From Nemertoderma westbladi (lineage: Eukaryota > Animalia > Xenacoelomorpha): a DNA stretch of 64,000 nt. Both the position numbers and the translations under genes were made by a program. Below, piece by piece: positions 51,150 through 63,767 of the stretch (position 1 is the stretch's first letter; every line of letters starts with the position of its first letter). The notes beneath the pieces are model-generated. The model was not told the DNA's origin. It ran no database searches and saw only the letters and a list, made by a program, of their open reading frames with translations. The stretch is from NCBI GenBank assembly GCA_032718475.1, contig JAUCBJ010003511.1, positions 12,910 through 76,909 of the forward strand. Reading direction: 5' to 3'.

Positions 51150-54100
51150 ATAGGGATATTTCCCTATGGGGGACCCGATGCGGGCCCCGAAGATCAACTG
51201 TCCCGTCTGTCAATGAGGAACAAACTCTCGCAGTAAGATCGTCCAATGCGAGAGTTGTGACACATTTGTACATTTAAAATGTTACCGTAGGAAAAGCAGT
51301 AATTTATTCTCCACCAGAAACAATCTTGAGCCAAGTTTTCTCTGCAATAGCTGTATTTTTACCGAACTTCCCTTTCATGATACTATTTTAGAATCAGAAA
51401 CCGACGATTCATTCCTCACATCGCCTCTGCAAACTCCAAGTGATGCTGAGAGTGAAACTTTAAAATTTTTTAAGAAAAAAGATCTGCATTTTTTGGATTT
51501 AAATGCACGATCTCTGCTTCCCAAACTTTCCGAAATTCGTATATTAATCAATAAATCCAACCCAGCAGTTTTAACAATCTCTGAAACTTGGCTCGATGAT
51601 AGCGTTTCTGATGGAGAAATTTATATTGATAATTACGTAGTTTTACGTAAGGATAGGGACAGGCACGGTGGTGGTGTCTGTACTTACAATCGATGTGATT
51701 TAGCTTTTAATCGTAGGGAAGATTTAGAGTCTTGTGACGAAGTTTTACTGGTGGAACTTTTACTTCCGAAAACTAAACCTATTTTAATCAGTACTACTAC
51801 TACTACTACTAGGATCGGCATGCTGCATTGCAGCTGCATTTTTAAGAATGCTGTGCCGGCTTGTCAACAAAATTGCACCGCCACAACTCCCTATCACCCA
51901 TGACATTTGCTAGATCATCCGCATCTTCAAGGCCAGTGTCCTTTAAGATGCGTCTCAAGAATGTCATGGGCTGTCCACCATGCTTATTCACTCCATGAGG
52001 CTGCCAAAGTACAAGATTATGCACTGGCTGGTCCTCACGGCGAAAGCAATGTCCTGCAAAGCGGAGGCGATTTTGTTCTACTGTCAAGCTTGGGGGAACC
52101 AATGAGACACCTCCAATGTTATATAGTGTCTGGTTGGAGATGTGTGCATTGTACTTGACACAATGAACCCGGCGTAGTATTCTTGTGAATGTGCCATCCA
52201 GAGATTTGGTGTCCTCAGCAGTTAGAGCCCAGCATGGACTCCCGTTGAGGAGTACTGGAACTACTGCTGCTCTAAATAATCGGACCTTAAGTTTCTGATT
52301 AATTCTCGGTGACTTCCAAATCCTGGGAAGCCTATTCAAGGCTGCCCATGCCTTTCCCTTACGTATTCAAAGGTCCTCACCTGACTTCCGGATCCATGAT
52401 CCCAGGTAACAGAAGTCGCCCACATGCTCAAGCATACCATCCTTTGAGCTTATGCTCATCCGATCAGAGACTTGCTGAGGACTTTCAAAGTTAACTGTCA
52501 AAATTTTGGTCTTTCTGGAGTTAATAAAAAGACCAACACTAGAAGCAGCATGTTCTAATGAGCTGATTAGCCGTTGGGCTCCCTCTAATGTTTCTGAGAG
52601 TACTCCTAAGTCATCAGCAAAGTCTAGATCAGTTAGGTACTTGGCAGGATTTCCTCGGCTTCTGGAGCCAGTAGGTGGAGTTATCATCACCCCATCATCA
52701 TTATGATGATCTAAGGACATGCGTAGAACATAGTTAACCACAATAATGAACACGAATGGTGCAAGTGTGTCTCCTTGGAGGACACCCCATAACACTTCAA
52801 ATGGTTCTGTGTCACCGTCAACAGTAGACACAAATGTTGTCGAACCATCGTATACTGATCTGATTGCTGCAATAATTTCATCAGGAATCCCATATAATGA
52901 AAGTATGCTGAACATACGTGAGCGAGAGACTGAATCAAAGGCCTTGAAGATAACAAAGATAACAGCCAGATGCCTGTCTTTCTTTTTTGATAATTCTTCA
53001 ATTATCCTTCTTAGTGCCAAAATGGGCTCCATGGTCCCACGACCTTTACGGAACCCATTCTGATTTCCACGGAGCAGTCTCTCAATGGGATCCCTGATGC
53101 GATTTAATAGAATCCTATTGTATAGCTTTGCAGCAATCGAGATCAATGAGATTCCCCGAAAAGAACCATAGAGTGTTAGGTTGCCCTTCTTGGGAACTGG
53201 CACCAACCTATTTGTTTTCATTTCTTGTTGGACTCTTGTTGTTCGGTACATGTCTACTATGATGGGATAGATGAGCTTTAAACACTCAGGTATTTTAAAG
53301 ACCTCAGGGGGAACACCATCTACTCCACTGGCACGATTGGTCTTAATGCTCTTTGCAGCAGCCTTCACTTCTGCAAAGGAGATATCGCCAATGGCCCTTT
53401 ATATCGGCCCCCTAAACAATCAGATTTTTTGCAAAATTTTGAAAATACAATTTTATGTAATCTTAGGTCAGACTGTGAAATATATTTCTTAGGTGATTTT
53501 AATATCTGTTACCATCACAAAGCATTCCCCATCTGTAAACAGTACCAAAGTATTTTAAATTTGTTTGGTTTAAAACAAATTATTCGAGATTCTACCAGAA
53601 TTACCAGTAAAACTTCTACTTTACTAGATCACATCCTTTGTAATAATACCGATATTATTTCTCAATCTGGGGTTTTACCTATAGGTCTAAGCGATCATTT
53701 TAAAGTTTTTTGCACAAGAAAGACACAAAAATCTTTTTTCGGGGATCATAAAACAGTAACTGTTAGGTCTATGAAAAATTACAGCAAGGAACGCTTTTTA
53801 AGTTTGTTAGTTAATTCTGACTGGGAACCCTGTTTTAAGGCCGCTGACATTAACCTTGCGTACACTGTTTTTAAAGAAATATTTTTAAAGGCACTTAATA
53901 CTGTAGCACCAATTAAAGAAATTAGTCTTAAACAACGCACTGAGCCCTGGATGACCTCGGGTATTCTTAGTAATATCAGAGAAAGAGATAACTATTTGTA
54001 TAAATTTAGGAAATACCGTGTTTTAGCTGATTATAATAATTACTGCAAATATAGAAACCTTTTCCAACGGGAAATAAAAAAAGCTAAATCTGAATATTTG

Positions 54101-56275
54101 TATAACAAAATAAGTGAGAATAAAGATAATCCTAAAAGTCTATGGTCTACCCTAAAATCTTTAGTTTATAAAAACCTTAAATCTAAATCGAATATTGTTC
54201 TGCAAGATAACGGTGTGCTGATTCATGATCATACTCTAATTAGTAATTTATTTAATAATTATTTTACTAATGTTGCTTCTAATTTAGTTAAGAAGTTACC
54301 GTTATCAAGTATAAATATAGTATAGGGTCCGAAACTCTAAATAATTTTTATTTAGAAAAGTTACAAAATTCAGAAAGGTTATTTTTAAAACCCGTTTCTG
54401 AGGATTTCGTTTTTCAACATATACTTAGCCTCTCAGCCTCAAAAAGTACCGGTCTAGACCTAATACCTGCCCGTTTTCTTAAGGATGGTGCTGAAGTACT
54501 TAAAGTGCCTATTACTTTTATTATTAATTACTCTATCGTAGATAATGTAGTACCAGACGAACTGAAATTAGCTAAGGTTGTTCCTCTGTATAAAAAGAAT
54601 AGTAAAGTAGAACCCTGTAATTACAGACCTGTTAGTATCTTAAGTATTGTATCTAAAATTCTAGAACGTTCTGTTTTTCTACAGCTGGAAGCACATCTTA
54701 GTAGGCTAAATCTGATCTATGAACTTCAGTCCGGTTTTCGTAAATCATATTCTACAGACACCTGCCTTATTAACTTAACTGATACAATTAGATGTAATAA
54801 CGCAAAGGGTTTATATACTGGTATGGTAATGTTGGACCTACTTTCGATACAGTAGATCACGAAATTATGCTTGGTAAGTTAGGCCTGATGGGTGTAGGTT
54901 CTATAGACTGGTTCAAGTCCTACCTGTCAGACAGGTAGGACTGTAGTCATTAGCAAATCGCAGTCTACTGTACAAGAGATTACCTGTGGTGTACCGCAAG
55001 GTAGTATATTAGGTCCTCTGCTTTTTGTATGCTATGTAAATGATATGATAAGTAGTATAAATCCCGATTTTAAACTCATTTTATATGCCGACGACAGTGC
55101 TCTTATTTTCTCTCATAAAGATCCTATCCATATTTCCCAAAAGTTAAGTGCAGTTCTAGAATCCTGTAATGAGTGGTTGGTTGATAATAAGCTATCCATT
55201 CACTACGGTAAGACTGAAAATATTTTGTTTGGTTCCAAAAGAAAGTTAAAGAAGGTAACTAAGTTTGAAGTCACTAGTAATGGACATAAGATTGAAAATA
55301 AAAAGGAAGTTAAATATTTAGGCGCCACATTGGATAACTGCTTATCAGGAGAAAGTACAGTGAAAAATATTTTCTCGAAAGTTAACAGTAGGCTTAGTCT
55401 TATACAGAAATAAAAATAGTTTGAACACCGACTCCCGCAAGTTACTTTGCCCTTCTTTAATACAGTGTCACATGGACTATGCGTGCTCTTCTTGGTATGA
55501 AGGCTTAACCAAACAGCTTAAATGTAAATTACAAGTAGCTCAGAATAAAGTAGTACGATTTATTAAAGACTACAAACCTAGGCACCACCTAACTCCAGAT
55601 GACTTTTCTGAATCTGGACTACTTAACTTAGATAGTAGAGTTAAGCAGCTACGCCTTAACCATGTGCATAAAGTGTATAATGGTAAGTGTCCCAATTACC
55701 TAAAACAAAAATTCAACAGAGTACGCGATACACACTCTTATAGTACCAGAGCTAGTGCTTCAAACTTCTACGTCCCGAATTGTAAATCCTTTGAATCTGA
55801 TACTTTCTTTTTTAACGGCATTAAAAATTGGAACGCTCTGCCTAATGAAATTAAAAACCTAGATAATCAACATTCTTTTAAATCTGCAGTTAAATCTCAC
55901 CTCCGTGTGCAATGTAAAAATAGGTACAATAGTCCTACAGTAAGTTATTAGTTTATTAATTATTTACTATTTATACTGTGTAAATACGTTTTATAATAAA
56001 TTGTTCTGTACATTACATCTTTATCGTTGAGTCGGACATTGTCACGCTCTCGGTAAAGTTGTACATGTACATAGTGTAATTACGTTTTATATTGGTTTTA
56101 GGTTAGCATAGTGTAATATTGTATTTGTAACGAAGTAACATAAAGGACCCCCTTGGAAATAAGCTGCAAAGCTTTAGGGGTAATCCTATGTTATGTTGGA
56201 CAATACCTTTATACCGGTACATTGTTTGGTGTATTTGTTATTGTTTTTTACATAATGTATAAATAAATTAATTAA
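51150..56275 (+). mobile_element. CR1-group LINE (Crack/Daphne-like) ORF2: PHD-like, APE, RT, 3'UTR; interrupted by RTE
   Basis: CPVC...QCESCDTFVHLKC...FLCNSC; LNARSL, ISETWL, GGGV; resumes LYRPPKQ, GDFN, SDH; NYRPVSIL, QSGFR, GVPQGSILGP, LYADDS, YLG. 3'UTR ends in AATAAA-like AT tail. Confidence 0.92.
51792..53395 (-). mobile_element. 5'-truncated RTE-clade LINE inserted in the APE domain of the CR1-group LINE
   Basis: RT motifs NQNGFR, KAFDSV, GVLQGDTLAP, DFADD, YLGS; C-terminal RLRFAGHC; (TAG)n tail at 51792-51810. Confidence 0.95.
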
Positions 56276-56710
56276 TTTCTCATATCTCTCCAAACCACAT
56301 ATGCGTTTCGACCTTACTGGGTCTCATCAGCGTGGTGTCGGATTTGAACCTGGGACCTCGAGGAGGAAGCCGAGACTACAACCACTAGACCACAGGTTCT
56401 TGAGATATGGAGTATTAATTTCAAAGCCAGCTGCCATTTTATTAGCCCCTGATTTTTTATTATTGATAGCCTAACCTCGAATGATAAGTTTATTTTACCG
56501 AAAATAACTTATCTTATATTGGCGCAATTATAGGAGTAATCCCATCACATGCGTACTTTTTAACCGGGTAGAGTACAAATTTTAGGAATCGCGTAATTTT
56601 TCTTGAAATTAATATCTCATATCTCCGTTTCGACCTTACTGGGTCTCATCAGCATGGTGTCGGATTTGAACCTGGAACCTCGAGGGGGAAGCCGAGACTA
56701 CAACCACTAG
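56270..56710 (-). mobile_element. Retrozyme/SINE-like tandem unit (~338 bp, ~1.3 copies): tRNA-like head + hammerhead
   Basis: 56270-56390 is repeated at 56608-56710. The minus strand carries A box TGGTCTAGTGG and B box GGTTCAAATCC, followed directly by a hammerhead. Confidence 0.85.
56294..56336 (-). ncRNA. Type I hammerhead ribozyme
   Basis: Minus strand: ACCACG-CTGATGA-GACC-CAGTAA-GGTC-GAAA-CGCA-TA-TGTGGT. Complete core, 6-bp stem I (one G-U), 4-bp stem II, minimal stem III. Confidence 0.85.
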
Positions 56711-56734
56711 GTGATGGTGATGGTGATGGTGTGT

Positions 56735-57705
56735 CTGTATGTCTGTCCCGCGCTTTTCCATGTTGTAGATGTAAAAGCTGGACCAGGGATGGGGTAGTTG
56801 GCTCCGAAATTTGATTCTCTGTCTCTCCGATGGGTTCTGTATTGAGTGGTTACTGTTGTTGAAAAAATGTTCGGGTGTTTGTAAAGAATGTCATCGCATA
56901 AGCTGTTTTCGTTTGTTTGTTTTAACCAGTTTTAGTGCGAGGGTGGAGGAGGCCGAAGTGTGCAGTCTTAACATATGTTTGATATGGCAGGTTTTTGTTT
57001 TATCAAGGTCAATGAGGTTTGTTAGCGAAAGATATGGGCCAATTTCTTCAAGACTATGTTACCATTGGCTGTATTTTCATTCAGTATATTTTGAGGCCAG
57101 TCTCGATTGAAAGAAGGTGTAGTTTCGAAAGGGAGCCGATGACGCTATACGCTTTTTCTTTTTATCTAATATATGTTTAGTGAAGCAGAGTGTCGGTTGG
57201 AGAGTAATTCCGAGATATTCATATTTATTTACTGTCATCATTTCCGTCATAGGTGAATTTATCCATCATAGCAAGTATACCTCCATTTCTAAATTTGATT
57301 ATTTTTGTTTTCTTCAAGTTTACTACCATGTTGTTGGCTTTACACCAATCATGTATGTATCTAGGGCATGTTGGATATCCAGTTTCAGTTTCAGATCCTA
57401 TTTCGAATATATGGCAAGGTCGTCAGCGAAGAATAAGAATTTGAGAGAGGAGGCTATTTGTCGGAGAACAGTGGCTAGGTCGGTGATGAAAATTAAGAAG
57501 CAGGTTGGGCTGAAACAGTCTCCTTGAAGGAATCCACGAAGCTGTTGTATAGATGTTGAATAGTTGTAGGCCGTCATATATTTGGATGCTGTTTTCTAGA
57601 ATGTCTCTCTGATTAGATTGTATAATTTGCCCTTTATTCCAAAACTGTGGATCTTAGACAGTAGTATTCCTCGGTTAACGAAGTCGAAGGCTTTCTGAAA
57701 GTCAA
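56735..57705 (-). mobile_element. Degenerate non-LTR RT fragment (clade unassigned)
   Basis: Minus frames give DFQKAFDFVNR, GFLQGDCFSP, FFADDL, YEYLGI, with many stops. Confidence 0.8.
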
Positions 57706-58870
57706 TGTTTTGAGCATGCTTTCAATATATGGGATTCCTGATGAAATTATTGCAGCAATCAGATCAGTATTACTACTGTTCATGGTGACACAGAACCATT
57801 TGAAGTGTTATGGGGCGTCCTCCAGGGAGACACACTTGCACCATTCTTGTTCATAATTGTGGTTGACTATGTTCTACGCATGTCCTTAGATCATCATAAT
57901 GGTGATGGGGTGATGATAACTCCACCTACTGGCTCCAGAAGTCGAGGAAATCCTGCCAAGTACCTAACTGATCTAGAGTTTGCTGATGACTTAGGAGTAC
58001 TCTCAGAATCACTAGAGGGAGCCCAACGGCTCCTCAGCTTATTAGAACATGCTGCTTCTAGTGTTGGTCTTTTTATTAACTCCAGAAAGACCAAAATTTT
58101 GACACTTAACTTTGAAAGTTCTCAGCAAGTCTCTGATCGGATGAGCATAAGCTCAAAGGATGGTATGCTTGAGCATGTGGACGACTTCTGTTACCTGGGA
58201 TCATGGATCCGGAAGTCAGGTGAGGACCTTCGAATACGTAAGGGAAAGGCATGGGCAGCCTTGAATAGGCTTTCCAGGATTTGGAAGTCACCGAGAATTA
58301 ATAGGAAACTTAAGGTCCGATTATTTAGAGCAGCAGTAGTTCCAGTACTCCTCTACGGGAGTCCATGCTGGGCTCTAACTGCTGAGGACACCAAATCTCT
58401 GGATGGCACATTCACAAGAATGCTACACCGGGTTCATTGTGTCAAGTACAATGCACACATCTCCACTACTACTAGGATCGGCATGCTGCATTGCAGCTGC
58501 ATTTTTAAGAATACTGTGCCGGCTTGCATCTCCAACATCTCCAACCAGACACTATATAACATTGGAGGTGTCTCATTGGTTCCCCCAAGCTTGACACTAG
58601 AACAAAATCGCCTCCGCTTTGCAGGACATTGCTTTCGCCATGAGGACCAGCCAGTGCATAATCTTGTACATTGGCAGCCTCATGGAGTGAATAAGCATGG
58701 TGGACAGCCCATGACTTTCTTGAGACGCATCTTAAAGGACACTGGCCTTAAAGATGCGGATGATCTAGCAAATGTCATGGGTGATAGGGAGTTGTGGCGG
58801 TGCAATTTTGTTGACAAGCCGGCACAGCATTCTTAAAAATGCAGCTGCAATGCAGCATGCCGACCCTAGT
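57706..58870 (+). mobile_element. 5'-truncated RTE-clade LINE, containing an antisense insertion of its own 3' end
   Basis: GVLQGDTLAP, EFADD, YLGS, RLRFAGHC. The 61-bp insert at 58466-58526 is flanked by CATCTCCA. Confidence 0.93.
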
Positions 58871-59719
58871 ATAATCCCGGCGCTGCCTTCCAGGCCCCCT
58901 GATGCTTTCTCGTCAGTAAATGATGTCAGCATAAATAACATCCGGAGCGTCGATCTAGATCTTTCATCCAGTTCTACTCAATCCATCGTAGCACTTCTCT
59001 TCCATCCTCGCCCTGGCCCTGGAAATAAATCCTGGATACCAAAACTAAAAGTTGTTCTTTGAGCCATAGATTCTAAATATTGTTAGGGTCATGTGTCCTT
59101 CCTTTTTTATTAAGTTTATGGCGTATTTGATAGCTACTTTCTCACATGTTTCCCCAAAAACCCTGTGTAATGTCTTGGCTATCACATAAAGAAGAGCCCA
59201 CTGTTCGCGATGGGCCTTTTGTAGGCCAGACCCTACTTGAATGTCAATAGACACATGTCAACGTTAAGATATCAGTGGGAAGTGGCTGATATTGTTTATG
59301 TCGATATGTGTCTCTTGTGGTGGTGCTAGATGGACCATGACTCTCTGTTCCTCCCATGGATCCCTCTCTAATGGTAGACCCTCAACCACCACCATTTGCC
59401 CTTGCGAAAATATATGCCCCCAACTGCCCCATTATAAGTCAACCGCATGATCCCCCCTTATGTAGATAAATAAGATTAAAATTAAAATATTAATATATAA
59501 TATAATAATTAAAATTAAATTAAAATTATTATAAGATAATAAAATATTATGTAAGCCCCCAAGAATCCACCCTATACTGCATCTCGTCCCTCAATGTTTT
59601 CAATAGCCCACTCAATCTCCACATTGGTGAGGGAAATGCGCTGGAGAAGCTCTAACAGTGCCTTAGATCAGCGCCCCCCCCCCCCCCCCCCCCCCAGCAC
59701 GGATGTATTGATTGAGTCA

Positions 59720-60780
59720 GGCTATCCTGAAGGTTGTCAGAAAGTGCAGTGGCAGCCAGATGGGAAGTCCCAATACAGGTGGCAACTGTGTTGGAACGCC
59801 ACTGATGATTAGCAGAGTGACACTGAATAGAACATCCACATCCTTGACCTTTTGGAGGATGTAATCTACAATGGCGAAATCTTCTGCACTAAACAGGCTG
59901 ATTTCATAAACTAGAATCACGTCCACAACTTGGACACCAAGGCTAAGGAATCGATGGTAATGCATCCCACCACACGGGACCTCTTGGGCAGTGAGTGAAA
60001 TAAGGGCAACTTTTAAATTCCGTGCTAAGGCATGTGCTCATGCTCATGCTGTCAGGAGTATGTGAGTCTTCTCTGTTCCCGGGGTGCCTACAATAACCGG
60101 AGATTCCACAAATATGGTTGCGGGATCTTTGATTTTGTCTATTGCTTGTTTACAAAAATCTAAACAAGCTCAATGTTCCAATACTGAAACTTCATTTTGT
60201 AATGGACATTGGTTTATGACTGCTTCCCAGACCTGTGGTAAAATGTTACCTGAAACTTGGCATAAGTTATCATCAGGGAGGTTAGAAACCACCTGTTCCC
60301 TGAATCCCTTTGTTAAGTTGGCGTGACGAGTAAACTCCTGATTTGCCAGGTCAGTGGAAAGTTCAGCTTGGAGCAGTGATTCCAACGCCAAAGGCATGTT
60401 TGAATATTTCAGACCGTCCCCAGCCAAAAGGATTTTAATACAGAGTTGGAAGCCAATAACAGTTCTTCAAAACGGTCTAGTACTGATAGGCTATACTGGA
60501 GCTGCTGAGTGCATAATCATGCCAAATTTTGAGAAACTCAGACTCTGTCACAGTATGCCAATCAGCAACCAGGAAATATGTTGGAATTGTTGTTGGAAAT
60601 ATGTCCCATAGACATGATAAAATTTTCAGTCTTCATTGGTGTTACATTGGAATAGACAATCATAACTTGCTTTGTAGATGCCAAATCAACATAGCAACTC
60701 ATGTACTCTGATTGATTTTGAATTATAGGTCCAAAGACCACCGCTAAAAGTTCCCCAGCCAATGGCTCCCCCTTCCCGCA
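59720..60780 (-). pseudogene. Helitron-like PIF1 helicase, divergent copy 3
   Basis: IVGTPGTEKT, LKVALISLTAQ..GGMHYH, DVILVYEISLFSAE, LLIISG..QLPPVLGLPIW parallel copy 1 (ITGTPGCCKT, NTALLSLTSE..GGFHIH, VFILEEVGLISAE, LLIMNGD..QLPPIDGRPI). Confidence 0.82.
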
Positions 60781-62081
60781 ATTTCAGTTAAAAAGCTGAC
60801 AGCAGTTGCAATACCAGAACTTTAAAACTTTAACACGATGCCCATTCCATCCACCCACCATGACTCACTGAGTTCGTTTGGGAATGACCACTCCCCTTGC
60901 AAATTTTCCCCTCAAATATATTTGCCAATTAGAATAAGAAGTAATGTTAAACTCTGTACGTACTGCAGTAGCAATACAGGAAAAAACTCATTTATTTTGT
61001 ACTCATACATTTTATACCTAAACGGGTGGCCCTTCTAAATTGATTTAGATACTGTTCAGTTATGCGCATGCGCCAGGCCCATTCCATGTAGGTGATAAGA
61101 AGGGTGCTGTGATTGGCCATTTATCTGTTTGCTGGACGAATAAGAAAGCTAGTAGCTACTCATATCCAAGTAAAAACCGGTTTACTGAATTTTATGCAAT
61201 GTCAACGAGAACTTACTGGAACCGGTAAAAACCAGTTTTGTTATTATATGGTTGCAAAACAGACCTATATTCTTATTACTCTTCAAGATTTTATATTGAA
61301 TTTTGTTTCAGATTGTATTGAATTTATCTTATATTCAAGTTCTGATTTTGTACCGTAAAATGTATTCGTACCTATAGATATGTATTAACCCAATTATTTT
61401 GTTTGTGTTGGTAATTTTGCAAATCAGTATGCGATAAAGACATCCAGCGATCGGTTCGGAATTAAAACCCCATTGTTTTAACATGAGAGGCACATTTATC
61501 CGTCTAATATAATTATGGTCACATGAGTCATAGTCGGTAGGTGTATTTTTCATATAGTCCTGTTTGTCACTCATTTCGGTAATTGTAAGTCAAGTAAAAT
61601 GTGAGTGTCAAGTATCAAACTTACCGTATTTATATATAACGGTACTAATTATAATTCAAACATATAAAATTAGCCTACCGGCCGATTTTATAGCAAATGG
61701 ATAAAATTAGCCTACCGGCCAATTTTACAACAAATAAATGTCACGGTATAAGTGTATAATAAAATTAGCCTATCGGCCAATTTTATAACAAATAAGTCGC
61801 GTAACGATATACGTTATCAAATTTTTAATCAAACACAAATAACACGGACTAATTCAGCAATAAACAAAGAAATCGTACAGAATGCAAATACTTGAGACAA
61901 TGGAACCCACAATAATTTTAACTAATACGGTAATGCCTAACTGACTAATGCAACTTTTCGAACTTACCACCTCCAAAATTCTCCAGAAAAACAGATTTCC
62001 AGATACAAACCGGACGTGAACCTTTCCGTTTCCAGCGTTGCGGACGAAGTGCGATTTTCCCCAACCAAAATTGTTACGTTG

Positions 62082-63630
62082 GAACACAATTACGTGGCTT
62101 TAAACATAATGTTCTGTTAGAACACAATTACGTGGATTTGAACATAATGTTCTGTTAGAACACAATTTTGTGACTTTGAACATAATGTTCTGTAAGAACA
62201 CAGTTGTGTGGCTTTGAACATAATGTTCTGTTAGAACACAATTTTGTGACTTTGAACATAATGTTCTGTAAGAACACAGTTGTGTGGCTTTGAACATAAT
62301 GTTCTTTTAGAACATAATTTTGTGGTTTTGAACATTATGTTGTTTTAGAACACAATTACATTGATTTGAATATAATGTTCTGTTAGAACACAATTACGTT
62401 GATTTGAACATAATGTTGTGTTAGAACACAATTACGTTGATTTGAACATAATGTTGCGTTAGAACATAATTACGTGGCTTTGAACGTAATTTGCTGTTGG
62501 AATACAATTACGTGGCTTTAAACATAATGTTCTGTAAGAACACAATTACGTGGCTTTGAACATAATGTTATGTTAGAACAAAAATACGTGGCTTTGAACT
62601 TAATTTGCTGTTGGAACACAATTACGTGGCTTTAAACATAATGTTCTGTTAGAACACAATTACGTTGATTTGAACATAATGTTGTGTTAGAAAACAATTA
62701 CGTGGCTTTGAACATAATGTTCTGTTACAACACAATAAAGAGGCTTTGAACATAATGTTCTGTTAGAACACAATTACATGGCTTTGAACGTAATGTTCTG
62801 TTAGAACACAATTATGTGGCTTTGAAAGTAATGTTCTGTTAGAACACGATTACGTTGATTTCAACATAATGTTATGTTAGAACATAATTACGTGGCTTTG
62901 AACATAATGTTCTGTTACAACACAATAAAGTGGCTTTGAACATAATGTTCTGTTAGAACACAATTACATGGCTTTTAACGTAATGTTCTGTTAGAACACA
63001 ATTACGTGGCTTTGAACATAATGTTATGTTAGAACAAAAATATGTGGCTTTGAACGTAATTTGCTGTTGGAACAAAAATACGTGGCTTTGAATATAATAT
63101 TGTTTTAGAACACAATTTCGAGACTTTGAACATAATGTTCTGTTACAACATAATTACGTGGCTTTGAACATAATGTTCTGTTAGAACACAATTACATGGC
63201 TTTGAACATAATATTGTTTTAGAACACAATTTCGAGGCTTTGAACATAATGTTCTGTTACAACATAATTACGTGGCTTATAACATAATGTTTTGTTAGAA
63301 CACAATTTCGTCGCTTTGAACATAATGTTATATTAGAACATAATTTCGTGGCTTTGGACATTATGTTGTGTTATAACACAATTACGTTGATTTGAATATA
63401 ATCTACTGTTCGAAAACAATTACGTGGCTTTGAATATAATGTTCTGTTACAACACAATAAAGTGGCTTTGAACATAATGTTCTGTTAGAACACAATGACA
63501 TGGCTTTGAACGTATGTTCAGTTAGAACACGATTATGTTGAGAACATAATTACGTGGCTTTGAACATAATGTTCTGTTAGAACACAATTACGTAGAAAAA
63601 AAATACGTGGCTTTGAACATAATGTTCTGA
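62082..63630. repeat. 38-bp satellite, ~40 diverged copies
   Basis: Consensus AACACAATTACGTGGCTTTGAACATAATGTTCTGTTAG. Confidence 0.97.
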
Positions 63631-63767
63631 TTAGGTTTTATATTAGACGTGTGGTGATGTTTCATGATTTTCTTTTTCGGTATTGCATTGTGTACATTAT
63701 CAGGGAATTATTTTATTTATATTTGAATACTATTTGTGTGTTATTATAAATATTATATTTATTGCAG

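Noticed and set aside
56337-56399. Functional tRNA gene
   Set aside because: A and B boxes are present, but there is no clean acceptor or anticodon arm and it is fused to a hammerhead; better explained as a SINE/retrozyme head.
62082-63630. CRISPR-like array (also considered for 48283-48528 and 20683-20918)
   Set aside because: Units are contiguous with no unique spacers, there are no cas genes, and the context is eukaryotic.
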